Assembly (NCBI GenBank): GCA_964016885.1
Contig: OZ024741.1
Location: forward strand, 308,078,001-308,142,000
Origin: Eledone cirrhosa
Taxonomy: Eukaryota
Reading direction: 5' to 3'
Length of the DNA: 64,000 nucleotides
The notes under the pieces were generated by a model. It had not been told where the DNA came from. It did no database searches and was given only the letters and a program-made list of their open reading frames with translations. Numbering within the stretch: the stretch's first letter is position 1; every line of letters starts with the position of its first letter. Of this stretch, positions 62,451-64,000 are shown piece after piece. The translations under genes were made by a program, and so were the position numbers.

Positions 62451-62677
62451 CATACTTGTATATACACGTATCAGTATATATATATACACAAAGTAAAACA
62501 TAGGGAATCTATACGTGGTCGCACACCCTCCTAGAAACATGTAGGTCATTTTCTTCGAAATCACACCCGTCCGTTTAAATTCCTACATAAACATTGAGAA
62601 CCAATACATGTGCCAGGATATTAACCAGGAACTCATCAACAAATGCAGCTGGTTGTTATATAATAAAAATAATAATA

Positions 62678-63070
62678 ATGGTTTCTTATATAGGCACAAG
62701 GCCAGCTATTTCGGGGGAGGGGAAAGTCGATTAAATCGACCCCAGTGCGTACTTTATTTTATCGCCACTGTAAGGATGAAAAGCAAAGTTAACCTCGGCA
62801 GGATTTGAACTCAGTTCATAAAGGGCCGTAACTCTATGCTGCAAAGCATGGCGTCTGACACTCTACCGATACTGCCAATCCACCATAACAATAATAATAA
62901 TATTAATTGTTTCTACTTTTGGCACAAGGCCAGCAATTATTCCAGTGTATTACTGGTACTTTACTTTATCTACCCCGTAAGGATGAAAGGCAAAGTTAAC
63001 CTCGGCGGCATATGAACTTAGAACATAAAGGGCCATAACTCTATGCTGCAAAGCATAGTGTCTGCCGCTA
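62678..63070 (-). mobile_element. Two SINE family A copies (62678-62885; 62905-63070 with interrupted head)
   Basis: Reverse-complement consensus matches. Confidence 0.85.
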
Positions 63071-63202
63071 TAACGGCGGGGAATAGCCGTGTCTCTAGGG
63101 GAGAACGACCCCTCTAGTCTTGGTTGACACTCGTTCTAGAAGTGGTAACACGAAATGATTACCCCTTGGCGGATAAGGATAAAACGCGAAAAAATAAAGT
63201 AA

Positions 63203-64000
63203 ATGTCTAATGATAAAATCTCATACCGGATCGGCCGTCACCCGGGTAAAAAAGGGCCGCGTCCCTCAGAGAGGAACCAGACTGGGGTCGAAAAATCAGT
63301 TAATGGTTCAAACCTTCCCATCACTTCGGAGCTGGAGACCTCCCATAACCGGAATACTCCTACTGTTGGCCCTCCATGCTCACCACCAAGAAATCCAAAG
63401 AAAAAGAGAGAAAAATGGTCAAGGGAAGATAATAAAGAAGTCCTTGAGGCTTTCTACACTGCCATGTACTACCCATCAAATACATCGAATACAGAACAGA
63501 CATATATCAACTGGAAAAAGAAACATCCCCAAAACAGAGGCTATATTGACAGTAACAAACTAGCCAATATACGAAGAAATATTGTAAGAAAAAAGTTACT
63601 AACTGATATAGAAATTGATCAGATCAAGCTATTAGCACAAAGTCAGCGAAGGGAAAATGAAACATGTGTCAGTGAAAACGAGGTAAACTGTAACACTTCG
63701 AATCCCATGGTTGGGGCGGAATCACTGGCAACAGAACAAATTAAAGAAAGGATCGAAAAAGTGGAGGGAGTGCATGCTCAGGATGAAACTACAAATGAAA
63801 ATAATGAGATCGTAAATGATAAAGAAATGAATGAGAATGAACTTGCCAACTTGAAGGATGAAATTATGATCGAATGGATGAAAATGAAAGAATCTGACAT
63901 GGGGCAACGAGACACCCTCCCTAAGATCCAGAACTCCAAACAGAACCAAAAGATAATACACAAGACTAACATAATTCTCAAAAACATTATCATCACAAAC
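63203..64000 (+). CDS. N-terminus of an R4/Dong-clade non-LTR retrotransposon ORF, running off the window
   Basis: Manual translation from ATG 63203 is open for 266 codons to the edge: KREKWSREDNKEVLEAFY..WKKKHP..NKLANIRRNIVRKKLLTDIEIDQIK..RDTLPK, a pattern I recognise from R4/Dong N-termini. Confidence 0.7.
   Translation, partial: MSNDKISYRIGRHPGKKGPRPSERNQTGVEKSVNGSNLPITSELETSHNRNTPTVGPPCSPPRNPKKKREKWSREDNKEVLEAFYTAMYYPSNTSNTEQTYINWKKKHPQNRGYIDSNKLANIRRNIVRKKLLTDIEIDQIKLLAQSQRRENETCVSENEVNCNTSNPMVGAESLATEQIKERIEKVEGVHAQDETTNENNEIVNDKEMNENELANLKDEIMIEWMKMKESDMGQRDTLPKIQNSKQNQKIIHKTNIILKNIIITN

Noticed and set aside
63071-63200. HDV-like ribozyme in the R4 leader
   Set aside because: I could not assign P1, P3, L3 and J4/2 in the required order.

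Overview
Eukaryotic, AT-rich DNA saturated with microsatellites. No host gene is recognisable. The repeat complement suggests a coleoid cephalopod such as Octopus (inference only). Most entries in the ORF track are translations of (TA)n, (CA)n, (GA)n, (CATA)n and trinucleotide tracts. The real coding remnants are all transposable elements: at least six Penelope-like retroelement (PLE) copies (three of Naiad type), a Helitron with both termini, an hAT transposase fragment, two mariner remnants, and Tx1/L1, RTE, CR1 and R4/Dong LINE fragments. An open R4-type ORF runs off the right edge and is absent from the ORF track. There are also about 20 tRNA-derived SINE copies. The most interesting signal is non-coding. 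About ten hammerhead-ribozyme motifs, each with a different stem II, sit near PLE 3' ends. A recurring short architecture also lies in (TA)n tracts: inverted copy, spacer or hairpin, direct copy, then a tail often carrying TATTGAG(C/T)AC. Its inversion points repeatedly fall in or beside the ribozyme core. This suggests a (TA)n-targeting PLE/ribozyme system that makes fold-back mini-elements and may also capture fragments of other LINEs. All structures and counts were read by eye and need computational confirmation.
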